From Escherichia phage MN01: DNA of 64,000 nucleotides. The notes under the pieces are model-generated. The model ran no database searches. It was not told the DNA's origin and saw nothing but the letters and a program-made list of their open reading frames with translations. Shown here one piece after another: positions 1 to 10,792 of this stretch; position 1 is the first letter of the stretch; each line of letters starts with the position of its first letter. The translations under genes and the position numbers were made by a program. The stretch lies in the sequence record MT129652.1. One strand, 5' to 3'.

Positions 1-1992
1 AAATACAAGGTCCCACAGGTTTGGCAATTCGGTGTTCCTGGGACCAATTCTCTTATGGCTCGTTTGATGCAATTCACGGGCAAAGAAACAGTTAAACAAT
101 ATAAACGCGGTGATGCAATTGCCGAGGTATTCCTGCTCTCCGGGACTTCACACGGCCATGCTGTTCCTCTGAAAGGCGGTTTAGGTGAAAAACCTATTGA
201 TGCGATTAACCTGATTTTTACTACTGTCTGGGAAAGCATTAAACTAGGTAAACCCGATGTAGTCTTGTTCCGTTTCCCATCCAAAAAGATGAAAGGACAA
301 GAGCAAGCTGTTATTCGTATTATGGCTCGACTGATTCAGATGAAAACTGGTGGCCGTTATCGTGTTCTTCCGAATGCTTCTGGCCTTGGTAAAAAGAACG
401 CATACGTAATTATGTACAAAAAAGGTGTTGACCTGCTTTCGGTTGATGGTATGCCACCAGTCCCTGAGAAATATCAAAAAGTCGAAACTAAAGTTGGCGA
501 TGTATTCACTGATAAAGATACAGGTACACAGGTTTCCAACCAAGAAATCGCGGCCGAGATTCTGATTGATGCAGCAAACAAAAAGACTGATGCTTCTGTT
601 GCGCAGAAAACAAAAATCAGTCGCAGAGCTATCGCACAGGCCCAGTATGCACCTCGAGATGAAGTTCCCGAAGGTTGGGATGAAATTGATGCAGAAGCTG
701 CTAAATTTAGCAAACCGGTAACTGCTGAACCAATAAAGAATTATAAAGAATTACAAACTATTATTAAACCATCGGATGCTAATGCGATGTTCCGTATGAA
801 AGCAGCAGATTATGCTATGCGTTCTAACGGGGTGTGGAAAGAAGAAATTCGTATTGAAGATACTGACCCTATTTTTAATCGCATGCACCGTGAACTTAAA
901 CGTGCTCCGGTTGGCAGTATGAAGCAGATGCAGATTTTTGCTGAGTCTTGTGCTGAGGTTCTTAATCTACGTAAAGCCACATTTATCGAAAAACAAATGG
1001 CTTCTGCTCCACCAAATCTAAATGCAGCCGAATATGCAGCAGAGCTTTGGGAAAAAGAATATACTGCGGGAATTCGTGCGGCAGTTAATGATTTTGCAGA
1101 CGACTCCACCGAAAGTATCTTGAATTTCGTTAGTAGCTACAATGAAGCAGCCCGTTTTACCGTAAGTCAAAAAGGAACAATCATGGGCTATTGTGGCGTT
1201 AACTATATTGACATCAACAATTATTTGATGGGTAATTATTACGAGGAAGAAGCTGAATTCCTTAATAGCGCTAAAGATGTTGCACATAAAATAAAAGTGA
1301 TGGACTCGGCATTTGAGGTTGGTCAAAAACTACCTCCAGATATTACTCTATGGCGTGGTCAATATCTAAACGTTCCTACGTTTAATAAAATTAAGCAGTC
1401 GAAGTTATTTTATTTCCGTAACTATGTATCAACATCCCTTAAACCGATTATCTTTGGCGGTTGGGTTGCAAACGTTGCTATGGCTGCAGTTCATCAGGAC
1501 TATCGCGATGGAACCACTTTCCAGGGTGACGAGGAAATTGTGCTTCCTAATATTCCTGGGGCAAATCCTGATAATGCAATGATGCATGTCGGTTGGAAAA
1601 TCTCTGGAGCTGATTTAATTAACGTCATTCTTCCTGGTCAATTATCTAACAACACATCCGAGCAGGAAGTTATTCTTCCTCGTGGGACTGTAGTTAAGAT
1701 TACCAAGATTACCGATGCATCGTATAAAGGAAACGCAAACGTCAAACTGTTGGAAGCTGATATTCAAACTACCGAAATGCTGGCTGAAAATGCAGTTATC
1801 TATGATGGTGATGTGTTGATGGAAACTGGTGAGCTTGTCGTTTATCAGGGCGAGGAACCAGAAGAGCCAGTAGAATCTGTTGACTTTGCATCGTTTGCAT
1901 CCTCTGGGGTAACGAAGAAAGTCAATCAAGGTCTTGGTATTCTTGCTAGTTGTATTAATTTGGAAGCTATTCCTCCTAAATTCCTTTCGTAG
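1..1992 (+). CDS. alt: Alt-like ADP-ribosyltransferase (head-packaged), 5' partial: frame is open to the window start
   Basis: Strong resemblance to T4 Alt central and C-terminal regions as I recall them (GGRY, FYFRNFVSTSL, VILPRG, ITDASY, VIYDGD motifs); expected position next to gene 54; no stop between position 1 and the ATG at 55. Confidence 0.8.
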   Translation, partial: KYKVPQVWQFGVPGTNSLMARLMQFTGKETVKQYKRGDAIAEVFLLSGTSHGHAVPLKGGLGEKPIDAINLIFTTVWESIKLGKPDVVLFRFPSKKMKGQEQAVIRIMARLIQMKTGGRYRVLPNASGLGKKNAYVIMYKKGVDLLSVDGMPPVPEKYQKVETKVGDVFTDKDTGTQVSNQEIAAEILIDAANKKTDASVAQKTKISRRAIAQAQYAPRDEVPEGWDEIDAEAAKFSKPVTAEPIKNYKELQTIIKPSDANAMFRMKAADYAMRSNGVWKEEIRIEDTDPIFNRMHRELKRAPVGSMKQMQIFAESCAEVLNLRKATFIEKQMASAPPNLNAAEYAAELWEKEYTAGIRAAVNDFADDSTESILNFVSSYNEAARFTVSQKGTIMGYCGVNYIDINNYLMGNYYEEEAEFLNSAKDVAHKIKVMDSAFEVGQKLPPDITLWRGQYLNVPTFNKIKQSKLFYFRNYVSTSLKPIIFGGWVANVAMAAVHQDYRDGTTFQGDEEIVLPNIPGANPDNAMMHVGWKISGADLINVILPGQLSNNTSEQEVILPRGTVVKITKITDASYKGNANVKLLEADIQTTEMLAENAVIYDGDVLMETGELVVYQGEEPEEPVESVDFASFASSGVTKKVNQGLGILASCINLEAIPPKFLS

Positions 1993-2054
1993 GGTTTACA
2001 AGCACAAGGAAGTGCGATACAATGTTCATATCAATTGTACATGAGGAAAACAAA

Positions 2055-2345
2055 ATGAAATCATCTTTTCGCTTTAATGGTCAGGAACTGGTAGTTGAGA
2101 ATGTTATCCCGGCTTCAGAAGAGTTTGACAGCGCGGTGGGTAATGAACTGCGCCGCGTGTTTGGTGAAGATAAGAAGTTTGACCTTCGCCCTGTTGAAAA
2201 CTTTGTAAATTCTGAACAAACAGAAAATATTTTTAATGGTGTAGTAACTGGACAACTTGAATCTGAAGCACCAATTGCAATTACAGTCTTTGTTAAGAAA
2301 GAAGCTGTAATGACTGCAGCAGGTTTCATTTCATTCCGCAAATAA
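2055..2345 (+). CDS. small hypothetical protein, alt-adjacent
   Basis: ORF with ATG at 2055 preceded by an A-rich RBS-like stretch; followed by a strong hairpin. Confidence 0.45.
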   Translation: MKSSFRFNGQELVVENVIPASEEFDSAVGNELRRVFGEDKKFDLRPVENFVNSEQTENIFNGVVTGQLESEAPIAITVFVKKEAVMTAAGFISFRK

Positions 2346-2374
2346 AAAAGGGACCTTCGGGTCCCTTTCTTTTT
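2344..2374. terminator. bidirectional rho-independent terminator between convergent genes
   Basis: GGGACC-TTCG-GGTCCC hairpin flanked by A-run upstream and T-run downstream. Confidence 0.65.
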
Positions 2375-3332
2375 ATAATATACGTTGACTTCCACTAGAG
2401 ACCGTTCTCCCAGAACCAGTGAACGTATTGTACAGACTTGTTAATCCAGATTGAGCACCAGACAAGCGACTCAATTTGGCAACTTCTGCGTTCAAGTTGT
2501 TATCTGAACTAATACCAGATACACCCTTAATAACCTTATCTTCCAACCATTCCAGTGCAGCAGCTCTTCCCACTGCTCCCGTTGACATAACGCGATAAGC
2601 AAAAGTTACATCAAATGTAGCTATCTGATTATCCCCTTCATAACTCAATTCAGGCGCTGATACACTTACAGGAACACAACCAGTTAGCATAACAACGGTA
2701 TGCGGCAATCCATTACGTGAGTGAAGGTTAACCTGAATATCAGCTTCAACGTCTTCAGGCAAGGCCCTTAGCTGGGTAACTGGGTCTTGCACAGAGTTAA
2801 CCCAATCGTTAAATGCTCTGTAGTTTCCTGCCTCTGAATCCATTCTAAAGCTCAATACCAATGGAGAATATTCTCTTCCTGTTATCTTGATATTTGGTGC
2901 GTTATGGTTGAGGTCCATTTCGTAGTTCAATGTGTTATCCGGAAGCTTAACAGAATGAACTAATAGACCAGCCGTTGGATATGCCATATTAAAGAAATCA
3001 AGCAGGTAAGTACCAACCTCGAATTCCCCTAATAATGATTGCACAACACGGTTACTCATTGCGCCGATAAGATATTTGCTTATCCCTGATTTGCGAATAA
3101 GCTTTTGTGTTCCGGCAGTAACAAGAGTTGTTATCCCCTGAGTTAAGTCGCCTTGTGTTAAACCGAACCAATCTGAGTTAACAGGAAGGTTGCTGAATAA
3201 TGCGCCACCAAACTGGTCCAGAAGATTCTGAGATTTGGAGGAAGGAGTGGTCGCGAAGACCACACTAAAAAGGTTATTCCTTTGTAAGTCGATATTAATC
3301 GCCTGCGTTTGGAATTCTTGTAAAGTAAACAT
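2373..3332 (-). CDS. 54: baseplate tail tube initiator gp54
   Basis: 319 aa; close match to T4 gp54 as recalled; synteny 54-48-29. Confidence 0.9.
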   Translation of the reverse strand: MFTLQEFQTQAINIDLQRNNLFSVVFATTPSSKSQNLLDQFGGALFSNLPVNSDWFGLTQGDLTQGITTLVTAGTQKLIRKSGISKYLIGAMSNRVVQSLLGEFEVGTYLLDFFNMAYPTAGLLVHSVKLPDNTLNYEMDLNHNAPNIKITGREYSPLVLSFRMDSEAGNYRAFNDWVNSVQDPVTQLRALPEDVEADIQVNLHSRNGLPHTVVMLTGCVPVSVSAPELSYEGDNQIATFDVTFAYRVMSTGAVGRAAALEWLEDKVIKGVSGISSDNNLNAEVAKLSRLSGAQSGLTSLYNTFTGSGRTVSSGSQRIL

Positions 3333-4426
3333 TAGAAACCCTCCGCATATAACGAGCCACGGTTAAGCGTAATGATTTCACGGAAAGTGATTTCAAGTAC
3401 AAAAGTCGATGGCAGGTTAGGAGCAATAGCTAATCCGCCGAAATGACCATCAGGAGATTTATCAAATCTTATGCTCTGAATCTGACATGGCCCAAATAGC
3501 TCCCCACGACCATCGTACGAGCTTGTATCACCGAAGTTGCGGATATACCAGATAGTAGGGTTAGAGACCACCAGAACGTTCGTTAGGAAGCTTGTTATCT
3601 CTTCACCGAGTAACTTACCATCAAAGTTATCGATTGCTTCTTTTTTGAAGGTAGATTTATACCATGTGTCGATTTTATCTTTCAACTCGGAAGCAAACGA
3701 ACTTTTACCGGTTTCCCCATAGGAGTAATAGTTAAAAATCTCGTATATCTTCACTATCTGGATTAAGTCCTGAGCCGAACGTGGAGTCATTTCCCAGGTA
3801 TAAACTTTTGTCCTGTTATCCGGGCCAGCATACATGCTTCGTGCGGTTGTGTAAATCTGTTCACCGTGGTCGGCCATTACACCGTTTGTAACTGATTCGA
3901 GTGCGCCGAAAACTGCAGTCGATGCGATGTTACTAAGAATACCGGTGGCTGAGCCACCCCCTTTCGTAATAAGAGATTCACCAACATCATTGAATCGATG
4001 CGACACGGATTCTACATCAGACTTCGAACGAGGCAATAGGATATTTGCAACAGCGTTTGAATCAAAACTTTTACCTGTTGAACCAGCACCGGTTAATTTC
4101 GATTTAGCAAAAGATGTTAAACTTTTAACCGGGTTAAATGAAGCACCATTTGAAACTTTCTTTAATGAAGTCAATTGGCTTGACCTGTCTGAGCGTAATT
4201 CCGGAGATGTTCTTGAACTGAAATTGTATGCCGTGAATAACAGACCATTTTTATAAAGGTCATTAACTCGCATATCATCTGAAGAATCATTACCGGAAGC
4301 TCGTTCTGCTGGATATTGCGCCACAATAGTAGCTTGAGTCTGGGCAGCTTTTGACTGCCCAGCGGAGGTCTTAGAACCTCCGTTAAATAAACCCGCAATA
4401 TCAATATCGAGTTCTTTTACTTTCAT
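3332..4426 (-). CDS. 48: baseplate tail tube cap gp48
   Basis: 364 aa, same length as T4 gp48; synteny. Confidence 0.85.
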   Translation of the reverse strand: MKVKELDIDIAGLFNGGSKTSAGQSKAAQTQATIVAQYPAERASGNDSSDDMRVNDLYKNGLLFTAYNFSSRTSPELRSDRSSQLTSLKKVSNGASFNPVKSLTSFAKSKLTGAGSTGKSFDSNAVANILLPRSKSDVESVSHRFNDVGESLITKGGGSATGILSNIASTAVFGALESVTNGVMADHGEQIYTTARSMYAGPDNRTKVYTWEMTPRSAQDLIQIVKIYEIFNYYSYGETGKSSFASELKDKIDTWYKSTFKKEAIDNFDGKLLGEEITSFLTNVLVVSNPTIWYIRNFGDTSSYDGRGELFGPCQIQSIRFDKSPDGHFGGLAIAPNLPSTFVLEITFREIITLNRGSLYAEGF

Positions 4427-4434
4427 GTTATTCC

Positions 4435-6180
4435 TTAGTTAATTCTCGTGGCCTGTCTCATGCCAGGGGCAGGGGTTGAACTTTGGGGAGGCATATTGTA
4501 TTGCGTCCTGGAAGTCTTCTGAATATTATTGACCGTATTAATTTGGGCCTGAGCTGGTGCATCCTTGTATTTATTTTCTTTGGCCTTCATGCCTTCGTCT
4601 ACCTTTGCAGCTTGTTGTGCCTCCGGAGAAGTCTTAACATCCGGCGGTTTAACTTTCGGTTCGTCTTTGAACTTCTCAAGAGACTTATCAAGTTTTTCCA
4701 ACAGGGCGCGCATATTCAGGTCTTTCGGAGCTCCACCTTTTGCCATAGCAGGGTCAGCTAATTGTTTTTCAATTTTAGCTCTCATTTCCAGAGCATTCTT
4801 TTTATCGGTCGCATCTGGCTTCATTAGGTTGTCGGCAGTTTGGGTCAAACGAATAATATCAGCCTGTGCTTTGTCACGCTTCTTGAAATAGTCCAGACGT
4901 TCTTCTTCCGGAAGGTCTCTGAAGCTTGTGTCAATACCACCCGCGCGAAGCTGGTCAGCTTGTTCCTTGGTAAGGTTACCATATTTTTCGGCTTGATTAA
5001 TTAGTTCAGGCTTATCCTTATACTTCTTATTCATCTTCTCCGCAGCTTCCATTGCTTCGGCCGAACGTTTGTCATGATATTTTGCTATCTTGGTTTGGTC
5101 TTCATCATCCAGAGTTGCCCCTGTATTTTGCTGATAAGACATCAAAGCCGAGGCTTCCACATTATCCGCCAGGTCACCCATCCCAGGGATTTTGCTTAAG
5201 ATAGCCGAAATCAGTTTCGAAATACCAAGCATAAGAAGTTGAGCCATGTTCTTCGTTAAGTTAACCATCCCACGGATAATAGCTTCAGCTAATCCTAACC
5301 AGTTCCTTTCACTAAACATCGCTTCGGCATTCTTAGCCCAAGTCATTAGTCCTTCGAGTAACGGCCCCCATTCTTTGAACTTGTCATTAAATTCGGCCCA
5401 GCCTTTTTCGAATTGCTTCATGAAATATTGGAAGTAAACTCGTATTGCATCGATACCGAATACCAACAGCAATAATCCACCAATAAGCTTGGCTGCTTCG
5501 GCTGCTGCCGTAATTGTATATTTGAACAACATCCCGGAGATTCGGTCAGCTACAGAAATCGATGCCTTAAATCCTTTTTCGGTTATCTTCGAAAGGGTGT
5601 CAAGCTTATCGCCAAGTGACCAGGTATTAGTCTCTTTGCCTTCTGCATCGTTTTTTGGTTGTTCTGGTTCCGGAATGAAGTCAGCGTCGGGCTTTTGTTC
5701 TTCTGGCGGTATAAGCGCTGGAACGCTCGCTGTGGGCTTATTCTCTTCAGGCTCTGGTAGTGCATCCTCCACAGGCTTAAGGCTTTCAGAACCAGCCACA
5801 GGAGACGTGACACCTAGTTTACCGCTTATCATTGCGCTGAGTTTGTCGAGTTTATCCGAGAGAATATCCGTGAGGTTTTTAATCCCTTGTTGAGTCTTCT
5901 CGGTGGCTTCGGCCGTCAGTTCGACACCAGCACTGATATCCTGGAGGACTCCATTGTTTGTCTGGATATTCTCAATAATCTGATTACCCTTATCCTCAAT
6001 AGCTTCCGACACAAGTTCGGTTGCGGCCTGAGTATTTGTAAGAGTTGTATTCAGATTTGATAATTCATCATTCTGTTCAGCAGAGAGGGCTTCCGCCCTC
6101 CTTTGTGGTGCTAATTCTTCAATAAGCTTTTTATTCGGTCCACCGCGTCTGAAGCTCGTTTGTTCGGAGTTCTTATTCAT
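4435..6180 (-). CDS. 29: baseplate hub / tail length determining protein gp29
   Basis: 581 aa (T4 gp29 about 590 aa); synteny between 48 and 28. Confidence 0.8.
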   Translation of the reverse strand: MNKNSEQTSFRRGGPNKKLIEELAPQRRAEALSAEQNDELSNLNTTLTNTQAATELVSEAIEDKGNQIIENIQTNNGVLQDISAGVELTAEATEKTQQGIKNLTDILSDKLDKLSAMISGKLGVTSPVAGSESLKPVEDALPEPEENKPTASVPALIPPEEQKPDADFIPEPEQPKNDAEGKETNTWSLGDKLDTLSKITEKGFKASISVADRISGMLFKYTITAAAEAAKLIGGLLLLVFGIDAIRVYFQYFMKQFEKGWAEFNDKFKEWGPLLEGLMTWAKNAEAMFSERNWLGLAEAIIRGMVNLTKNMAQLLMLGISKLISAILSKIPGMGDLADNVEASALMSYQQNTGATLDDEDQTKIAKYHDKRSAEAMEAAEKMNKKYKDKPELINQAEKYGNLTKEQADQLRAGGIDTSFRDLPEEERLDYFKKRDKAQADIIRLTQTADNLMKPDATDKKNALEMRAKIEKQLADPAMAKGGAPKDLNMRALLEKLDKSLEKFKDEPKVKPPDVKTSPEAQQAAKVDEGMKAKENKYKDAPAQAQINTVNNIQKTSRTQYNMPPQSSTPAPGMRQATRIN

Positions 6181-6691
6181 TTAGGAGTTCCATTATTTTC
6201 AGTAACCCCTTAACAGGACCATTCGGACCCGGGATTGCTAATGTGCTTGTGATATCGTCTGCCCACTTAGCAACAAAAGCAGGCATATCCAGAAAGTCTG
6301 GAACATCTTCCCCGAGATAAAGGGTCTCCAGGAGATTGTCTACTGGTCCGAATTCTTCATACGGTTTATTAGAGCGGAATTTAAATGTTTTTCCTTGATA
6401 AGAGAATTCAAGGCGCTGGCAGATATAAACATCATCCAGCTTATATGTAAATCCATTAATCTCGCGTTTGTCTTTTAGCTTACCATTGAATTCCAGAAGA
6501 TGTAAAGATACAAAGTCGGATTCAGCTGCTGTAAGATTAGGGAATATTGATTGCATAATCTTTCTTAATGCAGCATAAGGGTTAGGCTCGTTTTTAATCA
6601 GATTGTGATGCTTGAGACCAAGCTTAGGAACATGAATCTCTTTATCACCCAGCTGTATTTTCTTCGTCGGCAGAATCAGTTTTAAGTTCAT
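6173..6691 (-). CDS. 28: baseplate hub distal subunit gp28 (start uncertain; ORF extends to 6733)
   Basis: Size and synteny; internal Met chosen because the longest ORF overlaps gp27 by 89 nt. Confidence 0.7.
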   Translation of the reverse strand: MNLKLILPTKKIQLGDKEIHVPKLGLKHHNLIKNEPNPYAALRKIMQSIFPNLTAAESDFVSLHLLEFNGKLKDKREINGFTYKLDDVYICQRLEFSYQGKTFKFRSNKPYEEFGPVDNLLETLYLGEDVPDFLDMPAFVAKWADDITSTLAIPGPNGPVKGLLKIMELLNE

Positions 6692-7814
6692 TTTTAACCT
6701 TCGGTGGTTCTTCAACTTCGATAGGCTTACCATTGGTAAACATATAGAGGTTTGTAATTGATGTATTGTTACTCACTTCATGAATAACTTCGTCTACGTA
6801 AAAATCATATTTGAATTGGTTCTTCGGGTCATAGAAATTTATCTTATCGCCCGGTGTTAATTCAAAGTTCCCGTATGTTTTGCAATGCGCGTAACCATCA
6901 TATTGAGACATGGTTATTAATCGCTGTGCTTCTTCGAAACCGTTTCGGTATGTATAATCCGAATAGCCACCAGAACGAGATACCAGAATGCTGTTTTGTC
7001 CTTCCCCAAAAGTTATTCTGGTTGCGTTCTTGTCAAGGAATGAATGTGCATACACGGTTGCGTTTTCGTATGGTTTTCTTGTATGTTGGTTCGCCTTTGT
7101 TAACCATTCAAAATCGAAGGCCAATGGAGTCTCGAGGTTTTGTATAAACTGACCAACCAATCGAGGTTCACCCACCACGAAATTAATTGGCTCTTGTGAT
7201 GTTAACCATTCATAATCCTGGATACTTATTCCATCAATATCTTCCCATACAAAAACAAATTTATCAGTTTCTACTGCCAGACCAACTTCCCTTATGAATT
7301 CCATATATTGGTTCATCGAATCACACCATGGAACGTTAGGAGCATAAACGTTTATGCCGTTTATCGGTGGAGAAAGCAATGGTCTATCCTGATAAATTAC
7401 CCCGGTCATTTCGACTAATGTTTCCTGTACACTCGGGTAAAACATACGACTAAATTTCAGGTCTTCAATTTCGTGAATAGGAGCCAGCTGAATTGTAATT
7501 ATATTATCGCCTTTTGAATCCACAGAAACTGCAAAGTGTTTGCTTCCGTATATTCTGGATTGTGTTCGGTCGGAGTTGGCATTCTTAACAGAAATCTGAA
7601 TAATCTGCTCGCCATTCATTTTTGTATGCAGGTTTTTCGTATCGTAGAATTGCAAGAGCCCCTCGTTTCTTCCATAAAGGGAATCACGCATGGTTAACGT
7701 TGTAAAGGTGGCAGCTAGTTCAACAAAACGGTGTTCAAGCCATGCATCATAATCTTCGTAAAGGCGGATGCTGATATTAGGAAAGCCTTCACGCTGCATA
7801 GATTTAACTGTCAT
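6645..7814 (-). CDS. 27: baseplate hub subunit gp27
   Basis: 389 aa (T4 gp27 391 aa); synteny. Confidence 0.85.
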   Translation of the reverse strand: MTVKSMQREGFPNISIRLYEDYDAWLEHRFVELAATFTTLTMRDSLYGRNEGLLQFYDTKNLHTKMNGEQIIQISVKNANSDRTQSRIYGSKHFAVSVDSKGDNIITIQLAPIHEIEDLKFSRMFYPSVQETLVEMTGVIYQDRPLLSPPINGINVYAPNVPWCDSMNQYMEFIREVGLAVETDKFVFVWEDIDGISIQDYEWLTSQEPINFVVGEPRLVGQFIQNLETPLAFDFEWLTKANQHTRKPYENATVYAHSFLDKNATRITFGEGQNSILVSRSGGYSDYTYRNGFEEAQRLITMSQYDGYAHCKTYGNFELTPGDKINFYDPKNQFKYDFYVDEVIHEVSNNTSITNLYMFTNGKPIEVEEPPKVKNELKTDSADEENTAG

Positions 7815-8563
7815 TTTTTCAAGTCCTTCTCAACTAGTGATAAAGCAATGCCTCGTTCAATAGGAATCATATGCATGATACTATCCAGCGAATATTGATT
7901 CTTTACCAGCAAGTGGTTAATTTGGTAAAATACAAAGACTTCATCCGGGTTAAGGATAAGTTTAAAGACGTCAAGGAGGTCAGTGTATTCGGTTTTGTGT
8001 TTTTCACAACAGCCATATGTAAATGGAAGATAAACCGAATGCATTTTCTTAAGGAGCTCTTCGAGGCTCTCTATATCAATTGCATCGATAACTTGCATCT
8101 TTGTTTCTTCGGGGAGGTCTTCCCAATTGTATTTTTGTTCCAAGTCTTCGACGGTCTGAATGGTATTCAAGACAAGCTCTGACTTATCTTTATATTCCAC
8201 TTCAGGAAACTTAAATTGTATTTTTATCCCTGCAGTTTCCATTGTTGGATTTACTAATGGACCCTGATTCATGTTAAACAAAGTCTGCTTTGTCTTTTTA
8301 CATTTTTGACATTCAAACGCTACCGGGACTTTTGTCTTACCGATAGAGGAAGTGAATACCTTCAGGAATATGTAAGGCCTCCATGCTTTTGGATACTCTC
8401 CAAAATAATCTTCCAACAGTTCGTCTAATAATTGTTTTTGTTCTTCGACGGGTTTGTTGTTCATGTCGTTTCGCACAAGCAGTAAATCACGGTAATCAGC
8501 GACTGTAAACGGTTTGAAACGATGAACTCCGTCTGGCATTTCACATCTTACGATATTGGCCAT
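7811..8563 (-). CDS. 51: baseplate hub assembly catalyst gp51
   Basis: 250 aa (T4 gp51 249 aa); synteny; ATGA overlap with gp27. Confidence 0.8.
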   Translation of the reverse strand: MANIVRCEMPDGVHRFKPFTVADYRDLLLVRNDMNNKPVEEQKQLLDELLEDYFGEYPKAWRPYIFLKVFTSSIGKTKVPVAFECQKCKKTKQTLFNMNQGPLVNPTMETAGIKIQFKFPEVEYKDKSELVLNTIQTVEDLEQKYNWEDLPEETKMQVIDAIDIESLEELLKKMHSVYLPFTYGCCEKHKTEYTDLLDVFKLILNPDEVFVFYQINHLLVKNQYSLDSIMHMIPIERGIALSLVEKDLKK

Positions 8564-8587
8564 AGAATCCCCTTTTATCTTTATTGA

Positions 8588-8599
8588 TATTTATAAATA
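8588..8599. promoter_or_regulatory. divergent overlapping late promoters (TATAAATA on both strands)
   Basis: Plus strand TATAAATA at 8592-8599 upstream of gp26; minus strand TATAAATA (plus-strand TATTTATA at 8588-8595) upstream of gp51. Confidence 0.7.
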
Positions 8600-8616
8600 C
8601 AGTAAAGGAGCAAATT

Positions 8617-9240
8617 ATGACTTATGAATTTATTGTCCAAATTAAAAATAAAACTATAAATTGTAGGGCTTTTACCTTGCGCGAATACAAAGATTTGCTT
8701 CAGGCAAAATTAGAAAAGCGTATGGAACCTGCAATAATTGAACTGCTTAATAAATGCACTGATGCTAAAGGATTGAATAAACAGGAAGCTGAACTGCTTC
8801 TTATTAATCTCTGGGCAAATAGTCTCGGAGCTGTTAACGTCGAGCATACATGGGTATGTGAGTGTGGAAAGGAACAAGATATTCCGGTAACGATTAGTCG
8901 CGCGAGCATCGTGGATGAGACTGAAGTTATTCGTGATTTCGGGTCGTTTAAAATTAAATTCCGTTATCCCGGACTGTTTGAAGACAGTGATAAAGGTAAA
9001 ATGATTGCTTGTTGTATCGAATATATTATCACGGAAGGCGGCGAGCGCATCGTTGTTGATGACTTAAATGAGGCCGAAATCGAGGACCTGTACAACGCAA
9101 TTACCCTCGATGATATAAATGCACTAACGGAAGAACTTCTCAAGCCACAGGTCCAAATGGCTATTCCTATCTCTTGCGAGTGTGGAGCACATTCTGTCCA
9201 TGTAATTAAGGGGCTTAAAGAATTCTTTAAGTTTATGTAA
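8617..9240 (+). CDS. 26: baseplate hub subunit gp26
   Basis: 207 aa from ATG at 8617, downstream of late promoter and AAAGGAG RBS; T4 gp26 is 208 aa; synteny. Confidence 0.8.
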   Translation: MTYEFIVQIKNKTINCRAFTLREYKDLLQAKLEKRMEPAIIELLNKCTDAKGLNKQEAELLLINLWANSLGAVNVEHTWVCECGKEQDIPVTISRASIVDETEVIRDFGSFKIKFRYPGLFEDSDKGKMIACCIEYIITEGGERIVVDDLNEAEIEDLYNAITLDDINALTEELLKPQVQMAIPISCECGAHSVHVIKGLKEFFKFM

Positions 9241-9630
9241 ATGAATATAAACAAAATGTATAGCGATGTATCTCCCGACTTATCTACAAGTTGGGATAAA
9301 GACGTTGCTAAAGTAACCGGTGCAAGGTCTGTTAAGAACAGTCTTCTGGGAATAATCACCACAAGAAAAGGGTCACGGCCTTTTATGCCTGAATTTGGAT
9401 GTGATATAAGTAATCAGCTTTTTGAGAATATCACTCCATTAATCACAGATACCATTAAACGCAACATCGTCTCCGCGGTGCGGAACTTCGAACCACGGAT
9501 AAGCAATCTACAGGTTGCAGTTGTCCCTATGTATGATGATAACTCCATTATCGTAACGGTTCAGTTTAGCATTGTTGATGACCCTGATACCCTCGAACAA
9601 ATCAGGATTCAGTTAAGTCAAAACGGTTAA
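9241..9630 (+). CDS. 25: baseplate wedge protein gp25
   Basis: 129 aa (T4 gp25 132 aa); resemblance to T4 gp25; synteny. Confidence 0.85.
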   Translation: MNINKMYSDVSPDLSTSWDKDVAKVTGARSVKNSLLGIITTRKGSRPFMPEFGCDISNQLFENITPLITDTIKRNIVSAVRNFEPRISNLQVAVVPMYDDNSIIVTVQFSIVDDPDTLEQIRIQLSQNG

Positions 9631-9667
9631 TGCTTTAATTTTATGGCTGTATAATGGTTCTAGACCC
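9631..9667 (+). promoter_or_regulatory. middle (MotA-dependent) promoter module for uvsY
   Basis: MotA-box-like TGCTTTA at 9631-9637, 12 nt spacer, TATAAT at 9650-9655, followed by conserved GGTTCTAGACCC. Confidence 0.65.
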
Positions 9668-9683
9668 TTACATTGGATACATT

Positions 9684-10118
9684 ATGAAAACAGAGATTGA
9701 ATATAAGTTAGAAGTCTTTCAGGATGAGTTAGATGCAGATTTAAAAATTGATGGTACGCAACTTCAATATGAAACACAAAACAACGTTTTGTTGCATAGC
9801 AAATGGTTGAGATTGTATACCAACTGCAAGAAAGAAATAATGCGTCTTGAGATTCAGAAGAAAACTGCACTGAAAAAACGACTAGACCATTATACGGGAA
9901 GGGGTGACCCAGGGGAAGAGGTATGCATGGATGTATACGAGAAGTCAGAATTGAAAACAGTCATGGCCGCAGATTCAAGCGTACTGAAGATTGATACTTC
10001 AATTCAGTATTGGGCACTACTCCAGGACTTCTGTAGCGCTGCATTAGATGGTGTTAAGTCACGAAGTTTCGCACTTAAACATATGTTAGAAATAAGACAA
10101 TTTGAGGCAGGCAAGTAA
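9684..10118 (+). CDS. uvsY: recombination mediator UvsY
   Basis: Close match to T4 UvsY as recalled (KLQYE..NNV, SKWL, GRGD, QYW, FCS.ALD, KSR.FA.KH); start at MKTEIEY. Confidence 0.9.
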   Translation: MKTEIEYKLEVFQDELDADLKIDGTQLQYETQNNVLLHSKWLRLYTNCKKEIMRLEIQKKTALKKRLDHYTGRGDPGEEVCMDVYEKSELKTVMAADSSVLKIDTSIQYWALLQDFCSAALDGVKSRSFALKHMLEIRQFEAGK

Positions 10119-10351
10119 TGCGATATTCTATCGACGATGCGTTTAACCAAGACGAAGAGTTCGAAGAAGAAATTAAGTATATGATGAAGGAATGGAAATT
10201 GAATCGTGCAGATATTCGTATCTGCGCCGACCACCCTTGTGGTGAAGATGTTATCTATGTTAAAGGTAAATTTGCAGGATACATCGATGATGCATTCTAT
10301 TCTCACAATATGGGTATAGATACCGGTATGAGATACTTTAAGGAAAATTAA
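10118..10351 (+). CDS. hypothetical protein (uvsY.-1 position)
   Basis: 77 aa ORF, ATGA overlap with uvsY stop. Confidence 0.55.
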   Translation: MRYSIDDAFNQDEEFEEEIKYMMKEWKLNRADIRICADHPCGEDVIYVKGKFAGYIDDAFYSHNMGIDTGMRYFKEN

Positions 10352-10462
10352 ATGAAAAATATTAGTAAGATTCTCGACGAGATGGTTATCTCTGCAAACC
10401 GACTAACTGAAATTGTTAATGAGATGAAAGCTCGTGCTGCTATTATGAAGAGCACTAAATAG
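10352..10462 (+). CDS. very small hypothetical ORF (36 aa)
   Basis: ATG at 10352 directly after previous stop; read by eye; not in the supplied ORF track. Confidence 0.3.
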   Translation: MKNISKILDEMVISANRLTEIVNEMKARAAIMKSTK

Positions 10463-10489
10463 ATATGTAAGTTTAACTGAGGAGACAAT

Positions 10490-10792
10490 CATGTCAGATA
10501 AGATTTGTGTTGTCTGTAAAACTCCAATCGATTCTGCATTGGTTGTGGATACAGACCAAGGTCCGGTGCATCCGGGCGCCTGTTATAATTATGTTCAGAG
10601 TTTGCCAGTTACGGAAAATACAGAAGAGCAACTGAACGAGACTCAACTTTTAATTTAGCTAGTGTTGTTAACCATTTTTGGTTTTGCCCCTTCCTTTTGG
10701 TCGGGGCCTTTTTATTTAGAAATCTTCGTCTTCATCATCGTCCATATCCTCAAGCTCGGCGCGTTTACCGGCAAGAGCATCACGAACACTGA
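10490..10792 (+). CDS. hypothetical Cys-rich small protein (CxxC...C; uvsY.-2 position)
   Basis: ATG at 10490 after GAGGAG RBS; frame read by eye, ORF not in the supplied track; reads through the hairpin at 10686-10717. Confidence 0.35.
10686..10717. terminator. bidirectional terminator hairpin
   Basis: GCCCC...GGGGC stem followed by T-run; A-run on the other side. Confidence 0.5.
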
